DNA from: a virus
DNA length: 64,000 nt
Virus record (IMG/VR): IMGVR_UViG_3300028173_000007
Span: 1-64,000 of that record
Strand: one strand, 5' to 3'
Part shown: piece after piece, positions 8,301 through 16,930 of the stretch
Layout of the letters: each line of letters starts with the position of its first letter
Numbering within the stretch: position 1 is the first letter of the stretch
The notes under the pieces: generated by a model
Told to the model about the DNA's origin: nothing
The model's input: only the letters and a program-made list of their open reading frames with translations
Databases searched by the model: none
Position numbers and translations under genes: made by a program

Positions 8301-10903
8301 GCCGCAAGCGGGACGCCCTGACCGGAACCGAGGGCAAGGTCGCCCGCGTGGTGATCACGCAGAACCCCAACGGCACGCACTCGGCCACCGTCCACGGCCG
8401 CAAGCTGGAGGGCGAGCATCGGTTCCCCTACGACGCCGGCAAGGCCGCCGCGGCCGAGCTCGGGCGCCTACAGGCGATCCGCAACGCCGACCGCAACCGG
8501 GAGATCGCCAGGCGCCAGGCCTCGAAGTTGGGGCTGGTGAGGGCCGAAGCCCCCCCGGCTCCCCCTGCGACGATCCAGCCGACCCGCGACGAGACCGAGC
8601 CGGCCATGACGGCCCGGCACGCGGCCGAGATCCAAGCCATCGAGGACGGCGAGCTCAAGCCCAGCGAGAAGTTTGACGCGCGGCGAGACGCCAAGGTCCG
8701 GCACGAGGTCGAGGCCTTCGAGGCCGGCCACCGCTGGCAGGACCCCGCGAAGGTGCGGGAGACCCACGCGAAAGCCACGCGCCGCGGCTTCAACACCTGG
8801 GGCGGCCGGCGCCAGGCGGGGTGGAAGCATCATGGAATGGAGACCGAGCGCGCGGCCCTCCCGAAGATCATGGAGCGCCACCGCGCACACGAGAAGGCCC
8901 AGCGCGCCCACCAGCGCGCCACCGGGTCGGCGGCCTCCCGGCTGACGGCGCTCTATAACCACCTGACCAACGGCGGCGCATGGCGCGACAGCGCGCCCGA
9001 GGTGGGCGAAGTCGTGAAGCACCGCAACGACACCAACGAGGTCAAGACGGTGGGCTCTCGCAACGCCCGAGTCGGGGGCCGCCTGCGCGGCCACCGCGAA
9101 CTCGGGATGCCCCACGCCGAAGGCCTCGCCGCGGTGATCTCGTCGGCGACCGACGACGACCTGTCCGAGCTCTCGGCCGGGCACGCCCAGCACGGGGGGC
9201 TACAGTCGCAGGGCTCCCCCGGCCTCTCGCCCTACGGTTTCGGCATGGAGGCCGCCAGCGCCGAGGTGGAGCGCCGGCAGAAGGCGGGCACCTGGGCGCC
9301 TTCGAGCGAGGCCCCAGCGCCGCGCACCGTGGCCGCCCTCAACACGGCCCGAGAGGCGATCAAGGCCGCGCGCAAGGCGCGAAACGACGCCAGCGACCGT
9401 CGGACGGAAGGCCGGCAGAAGCTCGCCGGCGAACACCTGGCGAAGATCGGCGCGACGCGAGCCCCGGCCCCGAAGCGGACCAGTCGGCCGAAGGCCGCCG
9501 CGGAGGCCTACGCGGCGGACTACGGGCGGGACGCCCGCATCGACCACCACGCCGAGCGGGTGTCGGTGGTACGAACGACCGGCTGGGATGGAAAGACGCC
9601 CTCGTGGCACGTCGTCGAGCACCACCACGACGGGACGCACACGCGGCACGCGGACAGCGCCATTGACCGCAAGCGGGACGCCCTCGCCTACGCCGAGGAC
9701 GTGCGGAAGACCCGCAAGGCCGCCGGGGCCCCGACGGACGCCCACCTGGCCATCGCGGCCGACCTCGACCACCTCGCCCGGCACGTCGACAACGCCCAAT
9801 ATGAGGTGCCCGAGCACCTGCACGGGGCCCTTGACGCGCGCGACTTCAAAGAGCGCGGAGTGGCGCACTCCGACGCATGGCGCGAGGCGCACCCGCGCGG
9901 CACGAACCCCCTCGGGCTGGAGCGGCACAACGACGCGACCTACATGCGCGAGCTCGCACACAAGCTCCGCTCGGGCATGAGCGGCAATACGCAGGTGATC
10001 GGCGGCGAGATCCACGGCGGGCCAGGCGTCCTCGCACGCCACGAGGGCGGCTATGCGAAGGCCCGAGCGAAGGCCGTCGCGGACAACGCAGATCGGCCGG
10101 AACAGCACCGCGCGGGGAACTACGGCCACGTCGTCGGGCACAACAGGTCGGCCCGTGTGGCCGACCGCGCCCAGGTCATGCACGACGCCGAAAAGCACCT
10201 GGGCAAGTGGCGGGCGATCATGCACGACCCGACGACCCCGGCCGGCGATCTGCACGAGCCCGAGCAGGGCACCGCGAACCACGCGATGCGGGTGGCGAAC
10301 AGCGACGCGCACCGGAAGGCCTACCGCAACGGCTACACCTTCGAGCGCGGCGGCCTCCCGGCCGAAGGCGTCGAGCGGGACTATCACGAGGCCCTCACCG
10401 GGATGGACAACTACGCGCGAAAGCGCGCCGTCGAGGCCATGAAGTCAACCGGCGTTCGCCCCGTGCCTCACGGGCACTTCCACACCGCGCAATCGAAAGC
10501 GCCCGGCGTGCCGCTGGCGAAGGCCTACCCGCCCGCGCTCATGCGACCCTTGGCGCGCGCTGACCGCCTCCTGGCGCTCGCCAAGGGCGATACGGGGTGG
10601 CGCACCATGCCGAACGTCGTTCGGATCAAGTTCGGGGCTGGCGGGAAGATTGAGGCGGGCCCGTCGCACATGATCGGCCGGCGCTTGCAAGACGTGAAGC
10701 GCGGCGCCAAGGCGGCCGTGGACACGTCGAGGATGGCGTCTGGGTATCATGTGACCGTCAACGAGGCCGGCGTGCGCGCGAGTGGCTTCCAGCCAGAGAA
10801 GCACGCGGAGACGGGATACGGGGGGTATGGGTCTTTCACGACCGGGACGCAGCCGACCAGTCGGGGGCGTTGCATGGCGCGCAACGGATGGCCCGATACA
10901 TGA
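5351..10903 (+). CDS. KGAGHKY-tagged giant polyvalent/internal virion protein 3 (1850 aa), with an LPD29-like segment
   Basis: ATGA overlap with the previous stop; LVK|GAGHKY at K41. His/Ala/Arg-rich. EASKRLKAALQKLYPDGQWSVTG..GWLSI (LPD29-like, ~7118-7233). LAK|A and LAK|G sites near the C-terminus. Confidence 0.85.
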   Translation: MSTDLITRAAALLGRVRGHLDEIPEAAGVLLWARQSGELVKGAGHKYVRRVKGANGKWRYFYDVTGGHGAAHHAEIHLGAKFKVEHEGKAGHYEVTKEDGGWVTIRHDETGHEAKVKKTTVQTMIKRQHAELFAAHRERTARDVKAAKKYGASAKQKARLAAHAKKYGHHDLANELTDTAAPDHAGEYGRHAERARHHHDEASKATPGTPEHKKHRAASLAHEKAREAHSRAIGDTEASAGAFEASKAADALTVEHPEVHAARRALEAHERKRQQVSDRMYRRTKAGSVSTGARAAYDLKMGQLVEQEGHLRAALAAAEDKAKRGPDGELTTDELAQRRAAAEASALKRRGTGKPDEPDNVVQFPKPEPKPEPESTRPDPALLAPLADKLVSQLLPGMKGHAKRAELLAIAAEHLANMVGQEPSEETAQALAAALTTKARELSASNVVRLGGLGGRKTKQEKAEAWMRDAAAKQRAGLRDGKPGHRIHYTGDRANSPRNGEVIAAFPGHYRVKWDDGTEGNVERIGVRGWDNAGARFHWEDENPSGDRSPEAIEEGKRQAVAHREAADKVAAAEKAEQDRKHAGWHKPADRTEASKRLKAALQKLYPDGQWSVTGGKGTGYGWLSINGTSEAEGKLRDEHRIITSVSSGSRDSTVRDLEEASGIFTPGEGLAPGSVARKHADKAAAEAARREGAGTTRHVGQVVTIGSNRRRYVVVSSEQVGSSPPRYNLSALSGGMRGSGPSSVSADDLIPHADQRITFDGAQAADRRARALRSLALNSNADPDTKQRVRLAASSGGAVLSPAELAQRKAAADAAALKRTKAPEVPPVKPPVKPPVKPPVKPPQSDSGRSDADKPSPQPAAQRPAGFSAPVAFTGETRESVTKKRGNTVWSVPHAGSIPDAQFTAMKDAAREQKGYYLRGQGFTFRDPEHARQFVAAWGAGDGAVPTTTPDADGKRRARADRAKKRTKPDGFDAAEGAGEGWRRKRDALTGTEGKVARVVITQNPNGTHSATVHGRKLEGEHRFPYDAGKAAAAELGRLQAIRNADRNREIARRQASKLGLVRAEAPPAPPATIQPTRDETEPAMTARHAAEIQAIEDGELKPSEKFDARRDAKVRHEVEAFEAGHRWQDPAKVRETHAKATRRGFNTWGGRRQAGWKHHGMETERAALPKIMERHRAHEKAQRAHQRATGSAASRLTALYNHLTNGGAWRDSAPEVGEVVKHRNDTNEVKTVGSRNARVGGRLRGHRELGMPHAEGLAAVISSATDDDLSELSAGHAQHGGLQSQGSPGLSPYGFGMEAASAEVERRQKAGTWAPSSEAPAPRTVAALNTAREAIKAARKARNDASDRRTEGRQKLAGEHLAKIGATRAPAPKRTSRPKAAAEAYAADYGRDARIDHHAERVSVVRTTGWDGKTPSWHVVEHHHDGTHTRHADSAIDRKRDALAYAEDVRKTRKAAGAPTDAHLAIAADLDHLARHVDNAQYEVPEHLHGALDARDFKERGVAHSDAWREAHPRGTNPLGLERHNDATYMRELAHKLRSGMSGNTQVIGGEIHGGPGVLARHEGGYAKARAKAVADNADRPEQHRAGNYGHVVGHNRSARVADRAQVMHDAEKHLGKWRAIMHDPTTPAGDLHEPEQGTANHAMRVANSDAHRKAYRNGYTFERGGLPAEGVERDYHEALTGMDNYARKRAVEAMKSTGVRPVPHGHFHTAQSKAPGVPLAKAYPPALMRPLARADRLLALAKGDTGWRTMPNVVRIKFGAGGKIEAGPSHMIGRRLQDVKRGAKAAVDTSRMASGYHVTVNEAGVRASGFQPEKHAETGYGGYGSFTTGTQPTSRGRCMARNGWPDT
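7829..7882 (+). repeat. 12-nt tandem repeat (CCCCCGGTGAAG)x4.5 encoding a (PPVK)4 linker
   Basis: Direct reading of the sequence; in frame within 5351..10903. Confidence 0.95.
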
Positions 10904-11508
10904 AGGACATTCGCGCCATCCATCGCCACGCCGACCCGATGAAACACGCCGAGGATCTCATCCAAGAGCACAACGCCGCCGCCCACGCGGCGGCCGACGA
11001 GCGGGCCGCCGCCGAGCCGGCGAGGATTCGAGCGCGTGACGCGGCGTGGCGGGCCGAAGCCGCCAGGTCGTCGCGAGCCGAGGCCAAGGCGATCATCGCC
11101 CACGCCGACCGGGTGACCCCCGCCGCCCTCCGAGGAATTGCCCGCCGCGCTGCGGCTATGTCGCCCCAGGCAAGAGACAAGGCGCACGCGGCGAACATGG
11201 CCCACGCCCGAAACATGCTCGCGATGGGCGAGCGTGCCGGCGAGGTCCCCGCGAACGCCGCGGAGCGCGCGATGGCGACATATGCCCACGCTTCGCGGTT
11301 CGGGGGCCTTGAACTGGCGACGGCGGTGGCGGCCCTGCCCTCGCTTCGGGCCCTTGCGGCTCACAAAAACGACCCAACGATCATGCCGCTACGGTTCGAC
11401 CTGGCAAACGCGCGCAACGGGCAGCACACCGGCGACGGGTGGGAGGCGTTCGCCCCCGAGCACGTTCACATCGAAGCCGCGCCTCGCCGCGCTCGGGGTG
11501 CGGCGTGA
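10900..11508 (+). CDS. Ala/Arg-rich hypothetical protein
   Basis: ATG 10900 overlaps TGA 10901-10903 (ATGA coupling); same frame as ORF 10870..11508. Confidence 0.65.
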   Translation: MKDIRAIHRHADPMKHAEDLIQEHNAAAHAAADERAAAEPARIRARDAAWRAEAARSSRAEAKAIIAHADRVTPAALRGIARRAAAMSPQARDKAHAANMAHARNMLAMGERAGEVPANAAERAMATYAHASRFGGLELATAVAALPSLRALAAHKNDPTIMPLRFDLANARNGQHTGDGWEAFAPEHVHIEAAPRRARGAA

Positions 11509-11770
11509 GCGGCGGGCCCCAGGAGACGCCCCAGGCCTTCACGCCGCCCCTGTCCATGCCCTTGACACCTCTGGCGGCTGTTTCCTACGGGCTTCCTGCC
11601 ACTTCGGCGCCGCCCACGGGCCCGTGGGATGGCGGCCCGGTGTTCATCCAGAGCTTGTCCTCGCCTCTACCCGACGAGTGCCCGGCGGAGCGGGCGTGCC
11701 CTAATGTCGAGCAGACGGATGACCTGAGCGCGATTGACTAGCACCTGAGCTTTCAGGATGTGCCCGCTGT

Positions 11771-12016
11771 GTGTTCGACTGGCGGGCCATGCTCCGCGAC
11801 TGGACTACCCGGCTGGTGCCGTTCGTGATCGCCTGGGCCGCGTGGACCGAGCTCCGCGTTCACGATCTGGAGCAGGAGAACCGCCGATTGACCGCGGAGA
11901 ACGCCCGACTCGACGACGACGTATCGAAGACCACCGACGCGGTGCAGGCGGCGAAAACGCAGCTTGCCGGCGTGGGCGCGCGCCTCGATACCGCCCTCAC
12001 GCTACTGAGGAATTGA
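11771..12016 (+). CDS. Small membrane-anchored coiled-coil protein
   Basis: LVPFVIAWAAW hydrophobic segment followed by heptad pattern LEQENRRLTAENARLDDDV. Confidence 0.65.
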   Translation: MFDWRAMLRDWTTRLVPFVIAWAAWTELRVHDLEQENRRLTAENARLDDDVSKTTDAVQAAKTQLAGVGARLDTALTLLRN

Positions 12017-12018
12017 CC

Positions 12019-12450
12019 GTGTGGGTGCTGGTGCTGGTGCTACTCCTGCCCGACGCAGGGCTCCCCGACGCGGGCCCCGTTGCCGTTGACGCGGCCGCCC
12101 CCGATGCGGGAACCCCCGACGCGGCGATCCCGATGCTCACCCCCGAGGCCGCGGCCAGGCTGGCCGCCATCGAGGCCCGCGAGCGGGTCCACGTCGAGTG
12201 GCTGCGCGCTGTGAGGACGCCCCGCGTCGGCCCCGTCCCGAAGCGGGTCGAGCGGACGCGCCGCCGGCGCGCGCACCGCATCGGCCGCGCGGAGGCCCGC
12301 CGACGAGCTCTCGCGGTCGCGCGTCGCGCCCGAGCTCGTGCGGAGGCGCGCGCCCTGCTATTCGAGGCGGCGGCGCAGGTGGAGCAGGCGCAGTATGAGG
12401 TGCAGGCCCTCGCCCCAGAGCAGGAGCAGGAGCAGGAGCAGGCCCCGTGA
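12019..12450 (+). CDS. Signal-anchored protein with PDAG/DAA repeats and Arg/Ala coiled coil
   Basis: GAGGA RBS then GTG 12019; VWVLVLVLLL-PDAGLPDAGPVAVDAAAPDAGTPDAA; ends (EQ)n; GTGA overlap with the next gene. Confidence 0.6.
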   Translation: MWVLVLVLLLPDAGLPDAGPVAVDAAAPDAGTPDAAIPMLTPEAAARLAAIEARERVHVEWLRAVRTPRVGPVPKRVERTRRRRAHRIGRAEARRRALAVARRARARAEARALLFEAAAQVEQAQYEVQALAPEQEQEQEQAP

Positions 12451-14954
12451 GCCAGTTGCCCTTGGTTTTTGAGCGCGCGGCCAGAGCGCGCGCCTCGCGG
12501 GCCGTCGAGGTCCCCGAATGGATGGGTCGCATCCTGTGGGTGAGGTCGCGCGGTGAGCTCATGAAGGGCGCCGGGCACAAGTATATCCGGCGCGTCGCGG
12601 CGAAGAACCCGCCCCCGAAATGGCGCTACTACTACAGCGCCGGCGGCGGTGCAGGCCTGGGGCACGCCGACGAGATCACCACCGGCGCCGCCTTCAAGCT
12701 CTCGCACGGTGGCCAGGCGGGGCACTTCCACGTCACGGCAGAACTCGACGGCGACCTCGTGCGCGTCCGCCACGACGAGACGGGGCACGAGGTCGAGATC
12801 ACGCGGGCGGCCCTCGCGGCCATGCTGCACCGCGAGCACGCCGCCCTTGTGAGCGGACACGCCGCGAAGGTCAAAGAGGATCTCGAAGCGGTGAAGAAGC
12901 ACGGGACCGCGGCCCAGCGCGCCCGTGTCGAGTCCCGTGCCCGGCGCTACCAGCACACGCGGCACCTGGCAGAAGACGCAGGGGTGGGCGTCCGCCCCTA
13001 CGTCTCGCCGCGCGAGCGTGAGCTCACCCCAGCCGAGGCCGAGGTGCGCCGCGTGGCCTACGCGATCAAGCGCGCCCACGAGACCCCCGAGGACACGAGG
13101 ACCGCCGCGCGCGCGATGGCCCAGGCCGTGCCCGCCCTGGCCCAACTTGTGCCGATCCCGTCCTCGAAGGGCGACACGCGCGCGAACGCCGCCCTCTGCG
13201 AGCAGATCGCCGGCATGGTTCACGGCGCCTCGGTGGCCGACGTGCTGCACCGGCTGGCCCCGACCGAGCCCTCACACCAGCGGCGCAAACGTGGCTTGGC
13301 CGGGCACACCGCCGACGCGCACCGCTTCGAGGTCACCGGCGAGCTCGACGCGGCCCGGCCCGTGATCTTCGTCGACAACGTGACGACGAGCGGCGCCACC
13401 TTCGAGGCCGCCGGGCGCGACGTTGGCCGCGGTACAGGGGTGGCCTACGCGAAGGCCACGAGCGACAACCCCGCCGCACCTGCACCGACCGCCTGGCGAA
13501 GCGGCGCCGATGGGCACGGCGGGGCCGGGCTCCGCATCCTGAGCCTGTTTTCTGGCGCAGGTGGCTTCGATATGGGGCTCCACGCGGGGCTACCTCACGC
13601 GCGCACCACCGGCCTATGCGAGATCGACCCCTACGCGCGCAAGGTCCTCGCGCGCGCCTTCCCCGGCGTCGCCCAGCACGAGGACGTGAACACCCTCGCC
13701 AGCGGCGAGGACAAGCCCGCAGAGCGCCCGAACATGATTATCGGGGGCTTCCCATGCCAGGATCTCTCGGCGGCCAACGTGCGCGCCAAGGGGCTCAGCG
13801 GGGAGCGGTCGGGGCTTTACCGCAAGATGCGCGACATCATCGAAGGGCAGGACCCGGATTGGGTCGTCTTCGAGAACGTCCCTTTGCTGCGCTCACGCGG
13901 CCTCGACGTGGTGCTCATGGATATGCAGGCCCTCGGCTATGAGGTGACCTGGGATTCAATCTCTGGCGCGTCGGTGGGAGCTCCACACCAGCGAGATCGG
14001 GTGTTCGTGGTGTGCCACCGCCCAGGCGTCAAGCTCGACTGGCAACGGCCCGACCGTGAGCTCACGGGGCACCACTGGCAGTCGGACCCGCCTCCGCTCC
14101 GCGACAGCGGGACGCACAGGCAGACCCGGATCGCACACACGGTCCTCGCGGGTAACGCGGTGATCCCCCAGGTGGCCGAGCACCTGGGGGAGATCATCGG
14201 CGGGAGCTCGCCAGGCCAGGCCGAGCCCACCGGGAAGGAGATCGCCAGGTGGACCGGCGACGCATGGGTGAGTCCGAAGGGGAAACCCGTGGTGAAGTTC
14301 CCGCGCGCCGGCCTGCTACGCGACGGCGTGGTCTACGAGAACGAACACACGAAGCAGGACGGGGGCGGCATCCGAGAGGGCGACAAGGTGTGGGTCCGCA
14401 ACACCGACTCGGCCGGCGGCGGGGACGTATACGACGCAGAGCAGCGGCTCGCCCTCGACCACCTCACGCGGAACACGACGATCCCCCCGGCGATGCAAAC
14501 CACGGTGGACGAGCTCGTGTCCTGGGGCATCGTCGACAAGACCGACAAGGGGTACACCTTGACGGGCTGGGGTGAGCACGCCGTCGAGAACATGAGCCAG
14601 TGGACCTACGACGGCGAGGGCGGGGTCAATGATGCGTTCCTCGGGCGCGTCCACTACGTCAACGGCGACAGCTACGACGTGGAGCTCCCGAACGGGGATA
14701 TCGAGCCCTTTGACGAAGAATACGTCCGGCTCATGCCGACGGTCGTCAAGAGCGACTGGAAGGGCTACGGCAAGGCGGATTCCGAGAATACGCCGCAGTA
14801 CGACACGGGGCGCGCGGGGCGCGACCGGGGCCGCCAGCTTATGCACTGGGTCGACGGCTACATCAATCCGAAGTTCGCCGAGTGGCACATGGGTTTTCCG
14901 AGGGGTCACTTTGACGTAGGCCAGGCCCCAGACGACTATAAGCCGATCAAGTGA
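12447..14954 (+). CDS. KGAGHKY-tagged protein 4: tag + ComF-like phosphoribosyltransferase + C5 DNA cytosine methyltransferase (835 aa)
   Basis: LMK|GAGHKY at K40. LVPIPSS..VIFVDNVTTSGATF (PRPP-binding loop). ILSLFSGAGG, CEID, GGFPCQDLS, FENV, QRDRVFVV and GNAVIPQVA are C5-MTase motifs. Confidence 0.9.
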   Translation: MSQLPLVFERAARARASRAVEVPEWMGRILWVRSRGELMKGAGHKYIRRVAAKNPPPKWRYYYSAGGGAGLGHADEITTGAAFKLSHGGQAGHFHVTAELDGDLVRVRHDETGHEVEITRAALAAMLHREHAALVSGHAAKVKEDLEAVKKHGTAAQRARVESRARRYQHTRHLAEDAGVGVRPYVSPRERELTPAEAEVRRVAYAIKRAHETPEDTRTAARAMAQAVPALAQLVPIPSSKGDTRANAALCEQIAGMVHGASVADVLHRLAPTEPSHQRRKRGLAGHTADAHRFEVTGELDAARPVIFVDNVTTSGATFEAAGRDVGRGTGVAYAKATSDNPAAPAPTAWRSGADGHGGAGLRILSLFSGAGGFDMGLHAGLPHARTTGLCEIDPYARKVLARAFPGVAQHEDVNTLASGEDKPAERPNMIIGGFPCQDLSAANVRAKGLSGERSGLYRKMRDIIEGQDPDWVVFENVPLLRSRGLDVVLMDMQALGYEVTWDSISGASVGAPHQRDRVFVVCHRPGVKLDWQRPDRELTGHHWQSDPPPLRDSGTHRQTRIAHTVLAGNAVIPQVAEHLGEIIGGSSPGQAEPTGKEIARWTGDAWVSPKGKPVVKFPRAGLLRDGVVYENEHTKQDGGGIREGDKVWVRNTDSAGGGDVYDAEQRLALDHLTRNTTIPPAMQTTVDELVSWGIVDKTDKGYTLTGWGEHAVENMSQWTYDGEGGVNDAFLGRVHYVNGDSYDVELPNGDIEPFDEEYVRLMPTVVKSDWKGYGKADSENTPQYDTGRAGRDRGRQLMHWVDGYINPKFAEWHMGFPRGHFDVGQAPDDYKPIK

Positions 14955-14961
14955 GGACGCT

Positions 14962-16644
14962 ATGACCCGCCGAGAGCAACGGATCGCGCGCTTCCGCAAG
15001 GCCTGGGGCCGCGACGACCTACGGAAATCCGACGTGGCCCGTGGTGGCCGCTACGTCTACCGGGTGAAGAAGGGCAAGGGCTGGCACTACGTCTACCCCG
15101 AGGACCTCCAGCACCACGCCAGGCCGCACAGCGAGCCCGAGCCGCAGACCCACCGCCATGAGCACGGGGACCTGCGCGAAGACCTCAAGGCCGACGAGCT
15201 CGCCCGCATGGGCGCGAAGATGGGCGGCGCCAGGCTGGACCGGGAGAACCACGACTCGAAGGGGAACCCGATCCTCGTGCCCGTGCGCGACCCGCACCAC
15301 GAGTGGAACAGCCTTCGTGAGAAGATCAGCGCGCGGATCGGCAACGTGGGAGACCACCCCGACGCGCTGGCGCGTGAGGCGGACTGGAAGAACGCGGAGG
15401 CCTCGACGCCGGCCGATCTCGTGAAGCTGGCCGAGGCCACCGCGCCGCACTACATGGACTGGTGTCGCGGGATTGCCAAGGCCGTTCCGGCGGCCGCGGC
15501 CTACGCGGGCGAGGGCGACCAGTACGCCACAAAGACCCTCAAGAGCCTGACGCGAAAGGTGACCTCGAAGGCCGAGCGGCTCGTGGATCGCGGCAGCTTC
15601 ACCGACCACGCGGCGGCCGTGGCGCACGTCTGCAACGACCAGATCGGGGATTGCCTGCGCGCGTCCCTGCTCGTCGACCACGCCGAGGACGTGAGCAAGA
15701 TCGTGGCGTCCATGCGGACGCACGCGAAGGCCATCGGCGGGGACGTGCTCGTCGAGAACAAGTGGACGAACGGCGAGCGGGGCGCCTACTGCGCCGTTCA
15801 CGCCTGGGTGCAGTTCCCCACGCCCGACGGCGGCCACATGCAGGCCGAGCTCCAGATTCACCCGCGCGCCATCCTCGGCGCGAAGGAGAAGATGCACCTC
15901 ATCTACGACGTGACCCGCGAAAACGACTTCAAGGGGGACCAGCGCGCCTACGACTGGAGCTCGAAGCTGACCTTCGCCGCGGGCATGGCCCGAGTGGCTG
16001 GCGCGGAGCACCCGCACACGCGCAACCAGCGCGAGGCCAACGCCCACCACGCCGACCGCGCCGACCTGCACGGCTACCACGCCGAGGAAAGCGCCCACCC
16101 CGACGACCGGGCGCTCCACGCGAAGGCGGCCGGTCTACACGCCCAGGCCGCCGCCCAGGCCTCGAACCTGCACGGGGCCGGGCACGCCGAGGCCGAGGCC
16201 GCAGCGTTCAGCGCGCGCGCGGCGGGGCAGGTCGCCAACTACGTCCCCGAGCACCGCACCGCGGCCGCCGAGCATGGGAAGGCCGGGCAGGGCGCCGGCC
16301 ACCAAGACGCGATGGCCGCTCACCAACAGGCGATGGCCGCCCACCTGGCCGGCGACGAGAATGCGGCGGGGCTCTCGCACCGCGCCAAGGCTATGTCCGC
16401 GGCCCTGCACTCCCGCGACCACGACACGGCCCACAAGTACGGCGTTCACAACCACAACCGGACGGCCGGGCACCACGACGAGGCCGGGATCAAGCTCAAG
16501 GGCCAGGAAGCCCGCGTTCACCGAGACGCGGCCCAGGCCCATCGGGCCGCGGCCCATGCCCACAAGCGAGGCGACGCCCGCGCCGGGTCACTGTCCCGCG
16601 CCGCCATCGCGGCCACCGGCCGCGCGGGCCAGCACATCGGGTGA
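14962..16644 (+). CDS. Variant-tagged protein 5: RelA/SpoT-like nucleotidyltransferase (alarmone-synthetase fold) + His/Ala-rich tail (560 aa)
   Basis: LRK|S..GGRYVYRVKKGKGWHYVY N-terminus. KTLKSLTRK, IGDCLR, GAYCAVH, AELQIH and H-x-x-Y motifs of the RSH synthetase fold. Confidence 0.75.
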   Translation: MTRREQRIARFRKAWGRDDLRKSDVARGGRYVYRVKKGKGWHYVYPEDLQHHARPHSEPEPQTHRHEHGDLREDLKADELARMGAKMGGARLDRENHDSKGNPILVPVRDPHHEWNSLREKISARIGNVGDHPDALAREADWKNAEASTPADLVKLAEATAPHYMDWCRGIAKAVPAAAAYAGEGDQYATKTLKSLTRKVTSKAERLVDRGSFTDHAAAVAHVCNDQIGDCLRASLLVDHAEDVSKIVASMRTHAKAIGGDVLVENKWTNGERGAYCAVHAWVQFPTPDGGHMQAELQIHPRAILGAKEKMHLIYDVTRENDFKGDQRAYDWSSKLTFAAGMARVAGAEHPHTRNQREANAHHADRADLHGYHAEESAHPDDRALHAKAAGLHAQAAAQASNLHGAGHAEAEAAAFSARAAGQVANYVPEHRTAAAEHGKAGQGAGHQDAMAAHQQAMAAHLAGDENAAGLSHRAKAMSAALHSRDHDTAHKYGVHNHNRTAGHHDEAGIKLKGQEARVHRDAAQAHRAAAHAHKRGDARAGSLSRAAIAATGRAGQHIG

Positions 16645-16697
16645 TCTCGACTGGACCCCTTGACGGGTGTCCGGTATCCTATGAGTGGAGGTGAACC

Positions 16698-16901
16698 ATG
16701 TACTACGTTCTGACTGGCGGCGAGCCGGTCGAGGTCCGCAACGGGAAGGTGTACCACTGGACGCAGGCGGGGCAGAAGGTCGCCGCGCCCAAGCTCTCGG
16801 TGAGCGAGGTGGAGAACGACGGCTACGCGCTTCCGGCCGAGAAGGTCCCGGCCGCGGTGAGGGCCTACAACGCCAAGTGCGCCCAGGCCGCCCGCGCCTG
16901 A
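16698..16901 (+). CDS. Small hypothetical protein (67 aa)
   Basis: Strong GGAGGTG RBS; clean ORF with typical codons. Confidence 0.75.
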   Translation: MYYVLTGGEPVEVRNGKVYHWTQAGQKVAAPKLSVSEVENDGYALPAEKVPAAVRAYNAKCAQAARA

Positions 16902-16921
16902 CGCGCCCCGCTGGCGCCCCG

Positions 16922-16930
16922 TGGTAGGAT
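16922..16930 (+). promoter_or_regulatory. Extended -10-like element TGGTAGGAT, probably driving a leaderless mRNA
   Basis: In-frame GTG at 16938 follows the element after a 7-nt spacer; no RBS. Confidence 0.5.

Noticed and set aside
10811-10903. Possible -1 frameshift or G6 homopolymer indel (10820-10825) joining the 1850-aa protein to 10870..11508 (would read YGGVWVFHDRDAA...)
   Set aside because: The downstream frame is open here and reads plausibly, but ATG 10900 overlapping the stop (ATGA) explains the gene without a shift. Read data would be needed to revive the idea.
11505-11770. ORF 11505..11741 or an ncRNA/promoter (TTGACA at 11562)
   Set aside because: Atypical codons, no properly spaced -10 and no convincing structure; cannot be called either way.
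16660-16690. Promoter TTGACG..TATCCT before the 67-aa gene
   Set aside because: The spacing between the hexamers is 9 nt, which does not fit sigma70.
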